Origin: a bacterium
Lineage (GTDB): Bacteria > Bacillota > Clostridia > Christensenellales > CAG-138
Length of the DNA: 64,000 nt
NCBI GenBank assembly: GCA_022778545.1
Contig: JALFDW010000039.1
Span: 33,216 to 97,215 of the forward strand
Reading direction: 5' to 3'
The notes beneath the pieces were generated by a model, which was not told where the DNA came from, ran no database searches, and saw only the letters and a list, made by a program, of their open reading frames with translations. Positions 53,496 through 63,497 of the stretch are shown in pieces. Both the position numbers and the translations under genes were made by a program. Position 1 is the first letter of the stretch. Every line of letters starts with the position of its first letter.

Positions 53496-55269
53496 CGTTT
53501 CCTCCAAGGATCCGTTTGAGTTTATGCATGGCGCTCTGCGGAAGCTGCGCGCGGATGCGTGTGCCCTCCGCCTCGTGCTCCTCCGAAAGGATGCGGCCCT
53601 CCGCACGGATGATCGCCACAGCCTCGTATTTATCATAGGGGATCAGCAGCTCCGCCGTGGTGCGCCCCGCGCCGAGCATGTGCTCCGCGCGCGCAAGCAG
53701 CGCTTCGATCCCTTCGCCCGTTGCCGCGGAGATCAGAGCCGCCTCCCCCTTTGCCGCGGGCCGTTCCGAAAGCTTGTCTATTTTGTTGTACACGTTGATG
53801 CGCGGCGTTTCGGCTGCGCCAAGGCTTGCGATCACATCCTCCACGACCGCCATCTGGCTGTCGTAATAGGGGCTTGCCACGTCCACCACATGCAGGATCA
53901 GGTCCGCAAGCGCAACTTCATCGAGCGTTGACTTGAATGCCTCCACAAGGTCGTGCGGGAGCTTGTTGATGAAGCCGACCGTGTCGGATACGAGCGCCTG
54001 TGTACCGCCCGGGAGCGTCACCTGCCGCACCACCGGGTCCAGCGTCGCAAACAGCTTGTCCTCCGCAAGGACGCCCGCATCGGAAACGGCGTTAAGGAGC
54101 GTGGATTTGCCCGCATTGGTGTACCCCACGAGCGCAATGAGCGGCAGCGGGTTTTTCTCCCGCCTGTCCCGCCGGAGAGAGCGCTGCTTTTCAACATCTT
54201 TCAGCTCCTCACCCAGCTCGTAAATGCGGCGGCGGATGCGCCGTTTGTCCACCTCGAGCTTTTTTTCGCCCGGGCCGCGCGTGCCGATGCCGCCGCCCTG
54301 CTGCGAAAGCGCCACACCCTGCCCGGCAAGGCGCGTCATGCCGTATTTCAGCTGCGCAAGTTCCACCTGGAGCTTGCCTTCGCGCGATTGCGCACGCTGT
54401 GCGAAAATATCGAGGATCAGCGCCGTGCGGTCGATCACGCGCACGCCGAGCGTGGTTTCAAGGTTGCGCTGCTGCATGGGGGAAAGCTCGTCATCGAAAA
54501 TGAACAGGTCGGCTTCCAGCTCGCTGCCAAGGAGCGCAAGCTCTTCCGCTTTGCCGCTGCCGATGTAGGTGGCGTTGTCCACGGGCCGCCTGCGCTGCTG
54601 CTCCCGCGCAACGACGTTTGCGCCCGCCGTCTTTGCAAGCTCGGCCAGCTCCGCCAGCGTGTCATATCCCTCCGAATTTTCGATGCCGACGAGGATCGCC
54701 CGCTCCGGCCGCGCTTCGGCCGTCTCCTTCGTGCTGCTTCTCAGCCGGTCGTCCGCAATGCGGATCTCCTCCATCAGCTGGCGCTGCGGCAGGCGATATG
54801 GCCGGAGTGGCCCTGCGATGAGCACCTCCCGCTCTTCCTCCTGCATCTCGCCCAGGAATGCCGCATAAAAGCTCGTCGCCTCGCCCGCCTCGTTCACGCC
54901 GAGCGCGGCCATCGCGTCAAGCCGCATGCTGCGCAGCGTCCCGAGATCCACGCCGGAAAGCCTGCCGTCCCCGCTGGGATGGGTATGCAGGCAGCGCACG
55001 CCGCAGAGCCTGTCCGCATTGCGCACAAGGCGCATGTTGGGCATGTTGACCTTGCCGGAATCGCCGATGGAAACATCCTCCACCGTACCGTCCCTGCCGA
55101 TGTAAACGGAGATTTCCCGCCGGATGAGGCCGGTCAGCGCAGAAAGCTCACCCACAAGCTCGTGCGAAGCGAACTCGCCGGCCGCCATCTTTATGTCGTA
55201 TACCGCCGCGATGCGTTCAAGCACCGTCGCGCGGATGCCTTCGATGTTGCCGTTCACCTGTTTTTTCAT
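53467..55269 (-). CDS. hflX: GTPase HflX (long form with an N-terminal extension)
   Basis: 600 aa from ATG 55269 (SD GAGGTG). G1 [10 protein letters not shown]3 DTVGF, NK-D. Confidence 0.9.
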   Translation of the reverse strand: MKKQVNGNIEGIRATVLERIAAVYDIKMAAGEFASHELVGELSALTGLIRREISVYIGRDGTVEDVSIGDSGKVNMPNMRLVRNADRLCGVRCLHTHPSGDGRLSGVDLGTLRSMRLDAMAALGVNEAGEATSFYAAFLGEMQEEEREVLIAGPLRPYRLPQRQLMEEIRIADDRLRSSTKETAEARPERAILVGIENSEGYDTLAELAELAKTAGANVVAREQQRRRPVDNATYIGSGKAEELALLGSELEADLFIFDDELSPMQQRNLETTLGVRVIDRTALILDIFAQRAQSREGKLQVELAQLKYGMTRLAGQGVALSQQGGGIGTRGPGEKKLEVDKRRIRRRIYELGEELKDVEKQRSLRRDRREKNPLPLIALVGYTNAGKSTLLNAVSDAGVLAEDKLFATLDPVVRQVTLPGGTQALVSDTVGFINKLPHDLVEAFKSTLDEVALADLILHVVDVASPYYDSQMAVVEDVIASLGAAETPRINVYNKIDKLSERPAAKGEAALISAATGEGIEALLARAEHMLGAGRTTAELLIPYDKYEAVAIIRAEGRILSEEHEAEGTRIRAQLPQSAMHKLKRILGGNDGNDAEEAE

Positions 55270-55285
55270 GCGTTCACCTCGTTTT

Positions 55286-55322
55286 CCTGCTGTATTCCTG
55301 CTGTATTTTATCCTGCTGTATT
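55286..55322. repeat. Three direct copies of CCTGCTGTATT in the AGCS-hflX spacer
   Basis: Copies at 55286-55296, 55297-55307 and 55312-55322. Confidence 0.85.
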
Positions 55323-55325
55323 TTA

Positions 55326-56705
55326 TCATAGAAGCCTGCATTTGGACAGATGCCCGCGCGCAATAAATTCCGCCGTATCCTGCCGCACATGGGGCGCAAG
55401 CGCAAGGAGCATGATGAGGTTCGGGATGGCCATGAACGAATTGAACGCTTCGCCCAGCCGCCACACCGGTGCGATCTCCATCACCGCGCCCACAAGGGCA
55501 CAGATCAGGAACAGGATGCGGTACGCCCGCACCCCTTTCACGCCCAGCAGGAACTCCGCCGCGCGCACGCCGTAGAGCGACCAGCCAAGCATGGAGGAAA
55601 ACGCGAACAGCGCCACACAGACCGCGAGGAACACGCCCGCTTCGCGCCTCGGCACGACCGTTGCAAGCGCATCGAGCGCGATCGCCATGCCGGAAGCATC
55701 CGCATTTCCGTATGGAATATGGATACCCGAAACAAGCACCATCAATGCGGTCAGCGTGCAGATGAGGATCGTATCCACAAACACCTCAAAGATGCCCATC
55801 ATCGCCTGCTCCACGGGGTCGTCACACCGGGCGGAGGCATACGCCATGGGTGCCGCCCCGATGCCCGCCTCGTTGGAAAACACACCCCGCGTCATGCCGA
55901 CGCGGAGCGCGCGAGAGAGTGTGAACCCCACGGCGCCTCCCACAGCCGGCCGGACCCCAAACGCGCCGGAGAAGATCATCCGAAAAACCTCCGGCAGGCG
56001 CTCCGAAAAGCGGAGGATCACCCAAACGGTTGCCCCGATATAGAGTGCGCTCATCAATGGAACCACATACGCGCTTGCGCGGCAGACGCGTTTTGCCCCG
56101 CCAAGGAGCACTGCACCAAGCGCCGCTGCAGTAACCGCTCCCGTGACGAGTGCAAGCAGGCGCGTATCCGCCGCAGGCGATACCGTTCCGGCGGCCTCCG
56201 CAACGGCAGAAGCGATGGTATTCACCTGCACCATGTTGCCGCAGCCGAGCGAAGCAAGCAGCGTGAACGCTGCAAACAGTGCCGCAAGCGGCGCAGCCCC
56301 CTTCCCCATGCCGAGGAGGATGCAGTACATCGTGCCGCCCACAGGCGCGCCATCCGCACCGCGTTTACGGTATCGCATGGCAAGAAGCACCTCCGCATAC
56401 TTCGTCGCCATGCCGATCACGCCGCTGACCCACATCCAGAAGATCGCGCCCGCGCCGCCAATGGCGATGGCGGAAGCCACCCCCGCGATGTTTCCCGTGC
56501 CGACGGAACCGCCGAGCGCGGCGGAAAGCGCCTCAAAGGGGCTGATCTCACCTTTCCCGCCGCCTTTTTTCGGGCGGAACAGGTGCAAAAGCCCCCGGCA
56601 TACGGTGCGAACGCGCAGCGGGAGCAGCCGCGTTAAAAACAGCATGTAAGCGCCCATAGCGATGAGCAGCAGCGCCACGGCCAGGTTCAAGGTTTCATCC
56701 AACAT
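55326..56705 (-). CDS. Alanine/glycine:cation symporter (AGCS family)
   Basis: 459 aa. [23 protein letters not shown] and GAGAIFWMW motifs. Confidence 0.9.
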   Translation of the reverse strand: MLDETLNLAVALLLIAMGAYMLFLTRLLPLRVRTVCRGLLHLFRPKKGGGKGEISPFEALSAALGGSVGTGNIAGVASAIAIGGAGAIFWMWVSGVIGMATKYAEVLLAMRYRKRGADGAPVGGTMYCILLGMGKGAAPLAALFAAFTLLASLGCGNMVQVNTIASAVAEAAGTVSPAADTRLLALVTGAVTAAALGAVLLGGAKRVCRASAYVVPLMSALYIGATVWVILRFSERLPEVFRMIFSGAFGVRPAVGGAVGFTLSRALRVGMTRGVFSNEAGIGAAPMAYASARCDDPVEQAMMGIFEVFVDTILICTLTALMVLVSGIHIPYGNADASGMAIALDALATVVPRREAGVFLAVCVALFAFSSMLGWSLYGVRAAEFLLGVKGVRAYRILFLICALVGAVMEIAPVWRLGEAFNSFMAIPNLIMLLALAPHVRQDTAEFIARGHLSKCRLL

Positions 56706-56739
56706 AAAAGCACCCCCGCTGTGTTTTATGCGGGGGTGC
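56701..56739 (-). terminator. Hairpin plus U-tract after the PQQ-repeat gene; its 3' arm contains the AGCS Shine-Dalgarno
   Basis: Minus strand: GCACCCCCG-(12 nt)-CGGGGGTGC followed by TTTTATG, where that ATG is the AGCS start (56705). Confidence 0.55.
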
Positions 56740-56754
56740 GTCGCTTCATGCGGA

Positions 56755-58584
56755 TTACTTCAGTTTGATTCCATAAATGCGCTGGCCGCGTGTGCCGACG
56801 ACGATCATGTTGTCATATGCTGCGGGCGAAGCTTCGATGTTGCTTTCGATGTTGATCGTATCAAGCACCGTGCCGGTTTTCCCATCGAGCAGATAGACAT
56901 TGCCCTTGCGGTTGCACTGCACAAGATAGCCGTTGCCCGCCGCGTCATAGAGCATCACCGGGGAGCTCCAGGCATAGTTGCCCATATCGTACTCCCAGAC
57001 CGTATCGCCCGTTTGAGTATCAAGCGCATAAATCACGCCACGGTCGTCCCCGCCGTAGCTTGCGACGGTCGTAAAGAGCATGCCTTCCACGTTCCCCTTG
57101 CCGAGTACGGCACTCGACATGATGCCGCCCGTCACGTTCTTGGTGGTATACACTTTGAACTCCCTCTGCCAGACGATCTCACCGCTCGTCGCATCGATCT
57201 TGAAGAACGCAACGGGGCCGTAGCCGTTGCTGTCCGCCTTGTTATCGAGCGTGGAACCGACATAAAGGTAGGCGCGGCTGTTTGCGATGTCCTCCTCAAA
57301 GGCGGCGGTGGCGTTCGTATCATCCCAGATATCCTGCACCCAAACGGTCTCCATGGTGTTGACGTTCACGCAGTGCATAAGCCCCGCGTTCTCGGTCAGG
57401 AACAGGTATTCCCGCCAGCCCACCGCGCTGCCTTCATAGCCGACCCAGTAATCGTTCTCGCCGGTGCGCGTTGCGCCATAACGGTATTTTACGGGGCGGG
57501 AGGGATTCATCGTGAGCGTACCCGCCGCTTCATCGTATTGCGTGTTCAGCTTCACACGGTAAAGCAGGCCGTTTTCGCCCGGGTAGAGCAGCACATCGCT
57601 TTCGGCGCACACGAGGGCGGAGCTGTCGTAAGCGTGCCAGGAACGGTCGGCAAAGCTGTCCGGCTTGTTGCCGAAGGAGAAGAGCACCTTGCCCGTCACA
57701 AGGCTCACGGCCATCGCGCGGGATTCTTTCCCGGCTTCTCGGTAATGGTCGCCGGAACCTAGGTAGAGCACCGGAATGCCGCGCGGATCGAGCGAACCCG
57801 CACCCTTGAACGGCACGCCGATGTTGATGGGATCGCGCGTTTTTTCACCGGTTTCAAGATCGAGGAAATAGATCTTGCCATCCATCGTGGCATAGATGAC
57901 CTCCACGAGCCCCGCCTTGTTCTTTGCGGAATCGTACAGGTTCATGATCTTTTTGGTGGATTCCGGCCATTGTATAATAATGGGCTGGCCGGACCATCCG
58001 CTGCCCGTCCACGTGCCGGAATAGCTTCCGCCTTCGCCCTTGCCAAGGCTGCCCGTACCCTGATACCATACGGCCTCAAGCTTCTTTTCCACAACGTTTT
58101 CCGCCGTGCCGTAATACGGGTTCTCGCGGTAATTCGTGCCGCGGAAGGTCACCACGCCAGGGAGTTGCGCATAATCCGCGCCGCTGCCGAAATAGACTTT
58201 ATCCCCTTCCGCAGCTGCGTACTGTTCCACCTGCGCGCCATCCACTTCAATTTCGGAATGGAAGCCCCATTTTGCGCCGGTCGTATCCACCGTGTCCGTC
58301 GCCACGCTCGCCGGGTCCGGGATCGGCGTCGGCGTGGGCTCAGGCGTAGGCGACGGCGTCGGCTCCTGCTCGGGCAGGGACGCTTCGCCACCGGGTGTCG
58401 TTGCGGGTTGATCCGCAGCCGGTTCGGCCGAATTTGCCGGGGACTGCTCCGGAACGGAAACGCCTCCGCTCGTGAGGGAAGAGAGCGCAAGGATGCCCAT
58501 CAGTATGGCTATAATAAGCAGGATCAGGATGATCAGGAATTTCGGAGTGATTCTTCTGCGCCTTCTGCGGCGGCGTGTAGCCAT
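56755..58584 (-). CDS. Membrane-anchored PQQ-like beta-propeller repeat protein
   Basis: 609 aa. MATRRRRRRRR plus a TM anchor, a Pro/Thr-rich linker, and repeated W/G-rich blades (GEIVWQ, GDTVWEY). Confidence 0.75.
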   Translation of the reverse strand: MATRRRRRRRRITPKFLIILILLIIAILMGILALSSLTSGGVSVPEQSPANSAEPAADQPATTPGGEASLPEQEPTPSPTPEPTPTPIPDPASVATDTVDTTGAKWGFHSEIEVDGAQVEQYAAAEGDKVYFGSGADYAQLPGVVTFRGTNYRENPYYGTAENVVEKKLEAVWYQGTGSLGKGEGGSYSGTWTGSGWSGQPIIIQWPESTKKIMNLYDSAKNKAGLVEVIYATMDGKIYFLDLETGEKTRDPINIGVPFKGAGSLDPRGIPVLYLGSGDHYREAGKESRAMAVSLVTGKVLFSFGNKPDSFADRSWHAYDSSALVCAESDVLLYPGENGLLYRVKLNTQYDEAAGTLTMNPSRPVKYRYGATRTGENDYWVGYEGSAVGWREYLFLTENAGLMHCVNVNTMETVWVQDIWDDTNATAAFEEDIANSRAYLYVGSTLDNKADSNGYGPVAFFKIDATSGEIVWQREFKVYTTKNVTGGIMSSAVLGKGNVEGMLFTTVASYGGDDRGVIYALDTQTGDTVWEYDMGNYAWSSPVMLYDAAGNGYLVQCNRKGNVYLLDGKTGTVLDTINIESNIEASPAAYDNMIVVGTRGQRIYGIKLK

Positions 58585-58620
58585 GGAAAATACCTCTTTT
58601 TATAAATCGATGATGCCTGT

Positions 58621-58649
58621 ATTATACCTGTTTTGGGCGGTTGAAACAA
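58621..58649 (-). promoter_or_regulatory. Promoter of the PQQ-repeat/AGCS/hflX/EamA gene string
   Basis: Minus strand: TTGTTT (58649-58644), 17-nt spacer, TATAAT (58626-58621). Confidence 0.5.
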
Positions 58650-58748
58650 GATGGGAAGGGGGAGCTATCCCCCTTCCCGGTACGACCCATCCGCTTTCTC
58701 ATCATTCCAAGGAGAGCAATAAAGCGGCTCCGTTCTTATGCGTTTCAC

Positions 58749-61049
58749 TCAGTTTTCATGTTTCCGTTCTCTCAGCGCCCGAAGCACTCTTTCCGGCGTA
58801 AAAGGCAAAGTGCGGAGATGTATACCTGCCGCTTGATAAACCGCGTCGGCAATTGCGGGAGCAACCGTATGCACTGATGCTTCTCCAATGGATTTTGCTC
58901 CATAAGGGCCGGAAGGTTCTTCGCTTTCCACAAACTCCACCTGAATGCAATCTGGCGGCACATCTTCCCGGCAGGGGATCTTATACTGCATAAAGGAATC
59001 CGTTTCCAGCCTGCCAGTCTCAGAACGGTGGACCTCTTCAAAGAGCGCCATGCCGATCCCCATCATGATACCGCCCTCTGCCTGCACCCTCGCAAGCGCC
59101 GGGTTGATCACCTTGCCGCAATCCGCAACGGAAACAAAGCGCAGCAGCTTGATCTTCCCTGTTCTGATGTCAAGCTCGATCTCGGCAAAGCCGGACATGA
59201 AGGTAAGCGGAGCAAGCATGCTGCTGTAAGTAGCGGAAGCGATCAACTGATCCGCTGCCCCTCCTTCAGAAATACTGCCCAACTGCTCCAGAGAAACAAA
59301 CTGTTCCGGAGATTTTTCAACGAACACTTTCGTTCCATCAAACACAGCTTCTTCTTCACTGCATTTCAGCTTGGCCGCACCGGACTGCACCATCATAGCC
59401 TTCAGCTTTTCCGCCGCCTTCAGGATGGCGTTCCCCGCAACATAGGTTGTAGAAGATGCAAATGCACCCGTATCATATGTACCATAATCCGTATCACCAC
59501 TGCGCACGCAAACGCGCTCCGCTGAGGTATCCAAAGCTTCTGCCGCGATTTGCGCCAACACGGTGTCCGAACCCGTGCCAAGATCCGCTGCACCTGTCAA
59601 CAGCAAGTAGCTTCCATCCCGTTCCAACCGGATCGTCACAGTCGCTTTATCCGCATTCGGTATGCTGGTACGGTGCGTTGTAAGCGCGACGCCCAAAGCC
59701 CGCACATGATCCTGATCCACGACTTTGCAGCGGCTTTTGGAATCCCATCCAATCATCCTTCGGCCCATTTCCATGCAGCGCTCCAAAGCACAGCTTTTAA
59801 TCTCACTGTGCAGCACTCCTCCAACGTCCCCAAGACGGGCCATGTTTTTCAGTCGGAATTCATAGGAATCCATACCGAGTTTTGCAGCCAGCTCGCTGAT
59901 CGCGCACTCCAGTGCAAAGCCGCCCTGCGTTGCGCCATAGCCACGCAAAGCACCTCCGGGAACAATATTCGTGTAAATGGTGCGGCCGCAATAGGAGATC
60001 GCATTTGCCCGGTTATAACTCGGCAGGATGTTGTTGGCAGCCACCATCGTGACCGCCGGCCCTTCCTCGCCGTAAGCGCCTGTGTTGCTGTAATTGTCAA
60101 TGCGGATCGCTTTCAACGTACCGTCCCGGTCAGCCCCAAGCGTAACCTGCATCCGCATGGCATGCCGTGTAGTTGTGGCACTAAAGTTTTCCTGCCGATC
60201 CAGGATCAGGCAAGCCGGCCGGCCGGTCTTTAAGGTAACAAGCCCCGCAAGCGGCTCTGTGACCGCCACCTTTTTGCCACCAAATCCGCCGCCCACGCGC
60301 ATTTTGATGACGCGGACTTTTCCGATGGGAAGTCCAAGGCTGTAAGCGACCTGCCGGCGAAGGTGATAGGGCGCCTGTGTCGTCGCAATGACCGTCAGGC
60401 GGCCATCAGGCGCCAGATAGGTATAGCTGCGGAGCGTCTCCATCATCGCATGGGCCTGCGCCTGCGTTTCATACATGGCCGTATGCACGACTTCCGCTTT
60501 CGCAAGTTCTGCTTCCACATCCCCCACATTGACCTTAAAACAGGAAATCTGGTTCTTTTCCGGGGCATACCCTGCCGGCTGCGCAGGAACAAAGATATCT
60601 GACTCGTCGTGGATCACGATGCCGCTTTCTTCGCTTTCTTCCGGTTCAAATACAGCTGGAAGCAATTCATATTCAACTTTGATCAAGCGCGAAGCCCGTT
60701 CTGCAGCTTTTTCCGTTTCTGCAGCTACAAGGGCAACTTCATCCCCCACATAGCGCACAGTCTGCTCCAGTATTTTCCGGTCATAAGGGGAAGATTCCGG
60801 ATAAGAACCTCCACAGGAGCTGTAACGGATATCCGGCGCATCTTTATAAGTAAGCACTGCCGCCACGCCGGGCACGGCTTTCGCACGAGTCGTGTCAATA
60901 GCAGAGATTCGCGCATGCGCATAGGGGCTTCGCAGAACTTTCACATACAGCGTTCCAGGCAACTTCGGATAATCGTCCACATAAACAGGGGCACCCGTAG
61001 CAAGCGCTGCAGTATCAACTTTCGGAACAGAGACACCAATGTTTTTCAT
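58749..61049 (-). CDS. Xanthine dehydrogenase/aldehyde oxidase family molybdopterin-binding subunit
   Basis: 766 aa from ATG 61049. GGGFGGK motif. Typical a/b-hammerhead and MoCo-binding domains. Confidence 0.88.
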   Translation of the reverse strand: MKNIGVSVPKVDTAALATGAPVYVDDYPKLPGTLYVKVLRSPYAHARISAIDTTRAKAVPGVAAVLTYKDAPDIRYSSCGGSYPESSPYDRKILEQTVRYVGDEVALVAAETEKAAERASRLIKVEYELLPAVFEPEESEESGIVIHDESDIFVPAQPAGYAPEKNQISCFKVNVGDVEAELAKAEVVHTAMYETQAQAHAMMETLRSYTYLAPDGRLTVIATTQAPYHLRRQVAYSLGLPIGKVRVIKMRVGGGFGGKKVAVTEPLAGLVTLKTGRPACLILDRQENFSATTTRHAMRMQVTLGADRDGTLKAIRIDNYSNTGAYGEEGPAVTMVAANNILPSYNRANAISYCGRTIYTNIVPGGALRGYGATQGGFALECAISELAAKLGMDSYEFRLKNMARLGDVGGVLHSEIKSCALERCMEMGRRMIGWDSKSRCKVVDQDHVRALGVALTTHRTSIPNADKATVTIRLERDGSYLLLTGAADLGTGSDTVLAQIAAEALDTSAERVCVRSGDTDYGTYDTGAFASSTTYVAGNAILKAAEKLKAMMVQSGAAKLKCSEEEAVFDGTKVFVEKSPEQFVSLEQLGSISEGGAADQLIASATYSSMLAPLTFMSGFAEIELDIRTGKIKLLRFVSVADCGKVINPALARVQAEGGIMMGIGMALFEEVHRSETGRLETDSFMQYKIPCREDVPPDCIQVEFVESEEPSGPYGAKSIGEASVHTVAPAIADAVYQAAGIHLRTLPFTPERVLRALRERKHEN

Positions 61050-61050
61050 T

Positions 61051-61839
61051 TTACTCCACCTCACCGATCGCTGTCAGGGTACGTTCCACAAGCACACTGC
61101 AAAGCGCTCTGCGGTATTCGGCGCTGCCGCGCATATTCGTGCCGAAGCTGAGTTCTGCCGCTGCAGCAGCGGCAACTTCTTCCTGCCTTGCACCTGCATC
61201 CGCCAGTTTCATCGCCTCATATGCCAATGCGGCACGAGCCGGCCTTGCGCCGACTGCAATCCGCACTCTGCCGCCAGCACTGGACACCGCCACATTCAGG
61301 ATCGAAAAGTCTCCGGCAGAATTACGGAAGCTTATGAACTTGCCTGCGCCTTCGCAGGGCGGAAGAATGATCTCCGTGAGCAGGTCGCGCCGCAGCGGCT
61401 GCCGGAGAAACTCTTCCAGTGAGACTTCTCCCTGTTCAAACAGATTGATGCGCGCGTCCACCGCAAGCAGCGGCGTGATCACATCAGAAAAGCCATACTT
61501 TGAAAACACCGAAGCTCCGGCCGTAGCAAGATTCCGGAACTGAACGCCAATGATCTCGCCAGCAGCCTGACTGATCAGCCCGGTGCAGTAGCCGCGGAGC
61601 AGCGGGTTGACCTCAAGCTCGCGCAGTGAACACATGGCGCCAATGCGGATCGTACCATCCTCTTCTTTCCGCACATAGTCAAGGCCGCAGGCAGAAAGGT
61701 CTATCGCCAGAGGGATGTTGATGTTCGACATGCGAAGGAACATGTTCCCGGCGATCAGCATGCTCCTCGGGGACGATCGAAGAAGCTCAGCACACGCTTC
61801 CACGGTTTCAGGCCGCTCGTATTTATTGACTCGATACAT
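61051..61839 (-). CDS. FAD-binding subunit of a molybdenum hydroxylase (CoxM/XdhB-like)
   Basis: 262 aa. The position and length fit the medium subunit. AGNMFL / ATAGASV motifs. Confidence 0.8.
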   Translation of the reverse strand: MYRVNKYERPETVEACAELLRSSPRSMLIAGNMFLRMSNINIPLAIDLSACGLDYVRKEEDGTIRIGAMCSLRELEVNPLLRGYCTGLISQAAGEIIGVQFRNLATAGASVFSKYGFSDVITPLLAVDARINLFEQGEVSLEEFLRQPLRRDLLTEIILPPCEGAGKFISFRNSAGDFSILNVAVSSAGGRVRIAVGARPARAALAYEAMKLADAGARQEEVAAAAAAELSFGTNMRGSAEYRRALCSVLVERTLTAIGEVE

Positions 61840-61850
61840 TGCTTTCTCCT

Positions 61851-62324
61851 TTATTTTTCAGCGCAGAGGAACTTCCTGATCGCCCGCATCTGCGCTCTAT
61901 AGCCTGAACATCGGCAAAGATTTCCGTTGAGGTAATGCGCAATGCCTTCCTCATCGGGCATCGATAGTTCCCGTTTCATGGCAAGCACCGCCATGATAAG
62001 ACCCGGAGCGCAATAACCGCACTGATCCGCGCCCTCCTCAGAGAGCGCCTCTACCAGCGCCGCTGCTTCCTCAGAGACGCCTTCTACAGTTGTCACACAT
62101 TGTCCTTCCGCCCGCGCGACCGGCACCGAACAGGAAAGCACTGGCGTTCCGTTCAGCCAGACCGTACATACGCCACAGTTTCCGGTTTCGCACCCGGAAC
62201 GCACACTGTAAATGCCAATCCTGCGCAGCACTTCCAGAAGGGAATCCTCCGGCTGCGCCTCGCAGATGGTCGATCTTCCGTTGATGTTAATTTTGAATTG
62301 CACGTGTAATCCGCCCTTTCCCAA
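61851..62324 (-). CDS. [2Fe-2S]-binding small subunit of a molybdenum hydroxylase
   Basis: CETGNCGVCTV and CGYCAPG...CRCSGY motifs. The start is ambiguous (TTG 62324 or GTG 62303). Confidence 0.88.
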   Translation of the reverse strand: MGKGGLHVQFKININGRSTICEAQPEDSLLEVLRRIGIYSVRSGCETGNCGVCTVWLNGTPVLSCSVPVARAEGQCVTTVEGVSEEAAALVEALSEEGADQCGYCAPGLIMAVLAMKRELSMPDEEGIAHYLNGNLCRCSGYRAQMRAIRKFLCAEK

Positions 62325-62590
62325 TGACTTACAGCATTACGTGGTGTTTCTATGCTCATGCGCAGCTGCAGCTGTTTCCGCAGCACGCTTTTTTCTGCTA
62401 TATTGTATCACCTGTCGGAAAGTCCGGCATCTGCGCCATATGTGCAGGTATTTGTGCGATGCTCTTTCTCTGATCCATCCCGCCGGAATATTCCTCTTCA
62501 TCAAACTCTTGACAAATACTTGAAAGCAAATTACCATTGCTAAAAGGATTGCGCATTCCCAATGCGCTGCATACCTAAAATATCAAAGGG

Positions 62591-63307
62591 GTGAATCCTA
62601 TCACTGACCGCGAAATCGTAGAATCCTATATCCCGATTGCCAAGTTCATCGCCGCAATGTCCGGCCCCCGCTGCGAAGTTGCTGTTCATTATCTTGCGGA
62701 TCTGGATCATTCCATTATCGCAATTGAAAACGGCCATCTGACAGGGCGCAAGGTGGGCGATACACTGTTCGATTTCGACCTGCACACTTTGTTTAAGCCC
62801 GAATATATCCAGCGCCCGTATTTAGTAAACTATGCCGGCAAAAGCTCTATCGGCAACCGGGTTTTCCGCTTCTCCACCTATTACATCCGCAACGCAAAAG
62901 GCCAACTGATCGGCCTGCTCAACACCAACGTGGATGTTACGGATATGCTGGAGCTCCGTCGCATTGCATCGCGGGAACTGTTCATGAGCCAGGATTCCAG
63001 TTTGCCCATTACGGATGCCCTGCCGCAGGCGCTTGCAACTTCCACAACATCTCTTATTGAAAACACCTTGGCAGAAGCCATGGAGCACTATGGCTATACA
63101 GATCCGCAGAAGCTGAAAAAGGAGGAGAAGCTCCGCATCATTTCCTACCTGCATGCCCGTAGCATTTTCGCACTAAAGGGGGCTGTCAGCGCCGTTGCGA
63201 AGAAACTTTGCATTTCAGAACCTACTGCCTATCGCTATCTTCGCAGCCAAAAGGATGCTGTTTCGGACAAAATACCACTTCAATCCGAAAGCACATCGAA
63301 CGAATAA
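62591..63307 (+). CDS. YheO-like PAS domain plus HTH transcriptional regulator
   Basis: 238 aa. YIPIAKFIAAM...EVAVHYL...IIAIENGHLTGRKVGD is YheO-PAS-like. C-terminal HTH (ISEPTAYRYL). GTG start. Confidence 0.75.
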   Translation: MNPITDREIVESYIPIAKFIAAMSGPRCEVAVHYLADLDHSIIAIENGHLTGRKVGDTLFDFDLHTLFKPEYIQRPYLVNYAGKSSIGNRVFRFSTYYIRNAKGQLIGLLNTNVDVTDMLELRRIASRELFMSQDSSLPITDALPQALATSTTSLIENTLAEAMEHYGYTDPQKLKKEEKLRIISYLHARSIFALKGAVSAVAKKLCISEPTAYRYLRSQKDAVSDKIPLQSESTSNE

Positions 63308-63340
63308 CATTTTTCTAAATACGTCTTGCCGGAGTCTCAC

Positions 63341-63374
63341 AAAAGCTCTGTGATACAAAAAGCTCTGTGATACA
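63341..63374. repeat. Perfect 2 x 17-bp tandem duplication inside a terminator loop
   Basis: AAAAGCTCTGTGATACA occurs twice. It is flanked by stem CGTCTTGC (63322-63329) / GCAAGACG (63378-63385) followed by CTTTTT. Confidence 0.85.
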
Positions 63375-63497
63375 ATAGCAAGACGCTTTTTGTCACCATG
63401 AATCGCGCATGGCCCACCAAGAAGGAGAGAGGTGAGCCATGCTCTTTCATTTTCGCCGTTCACGCCAAAATACTTTGGGTAAACCTAAACGCAAAAC

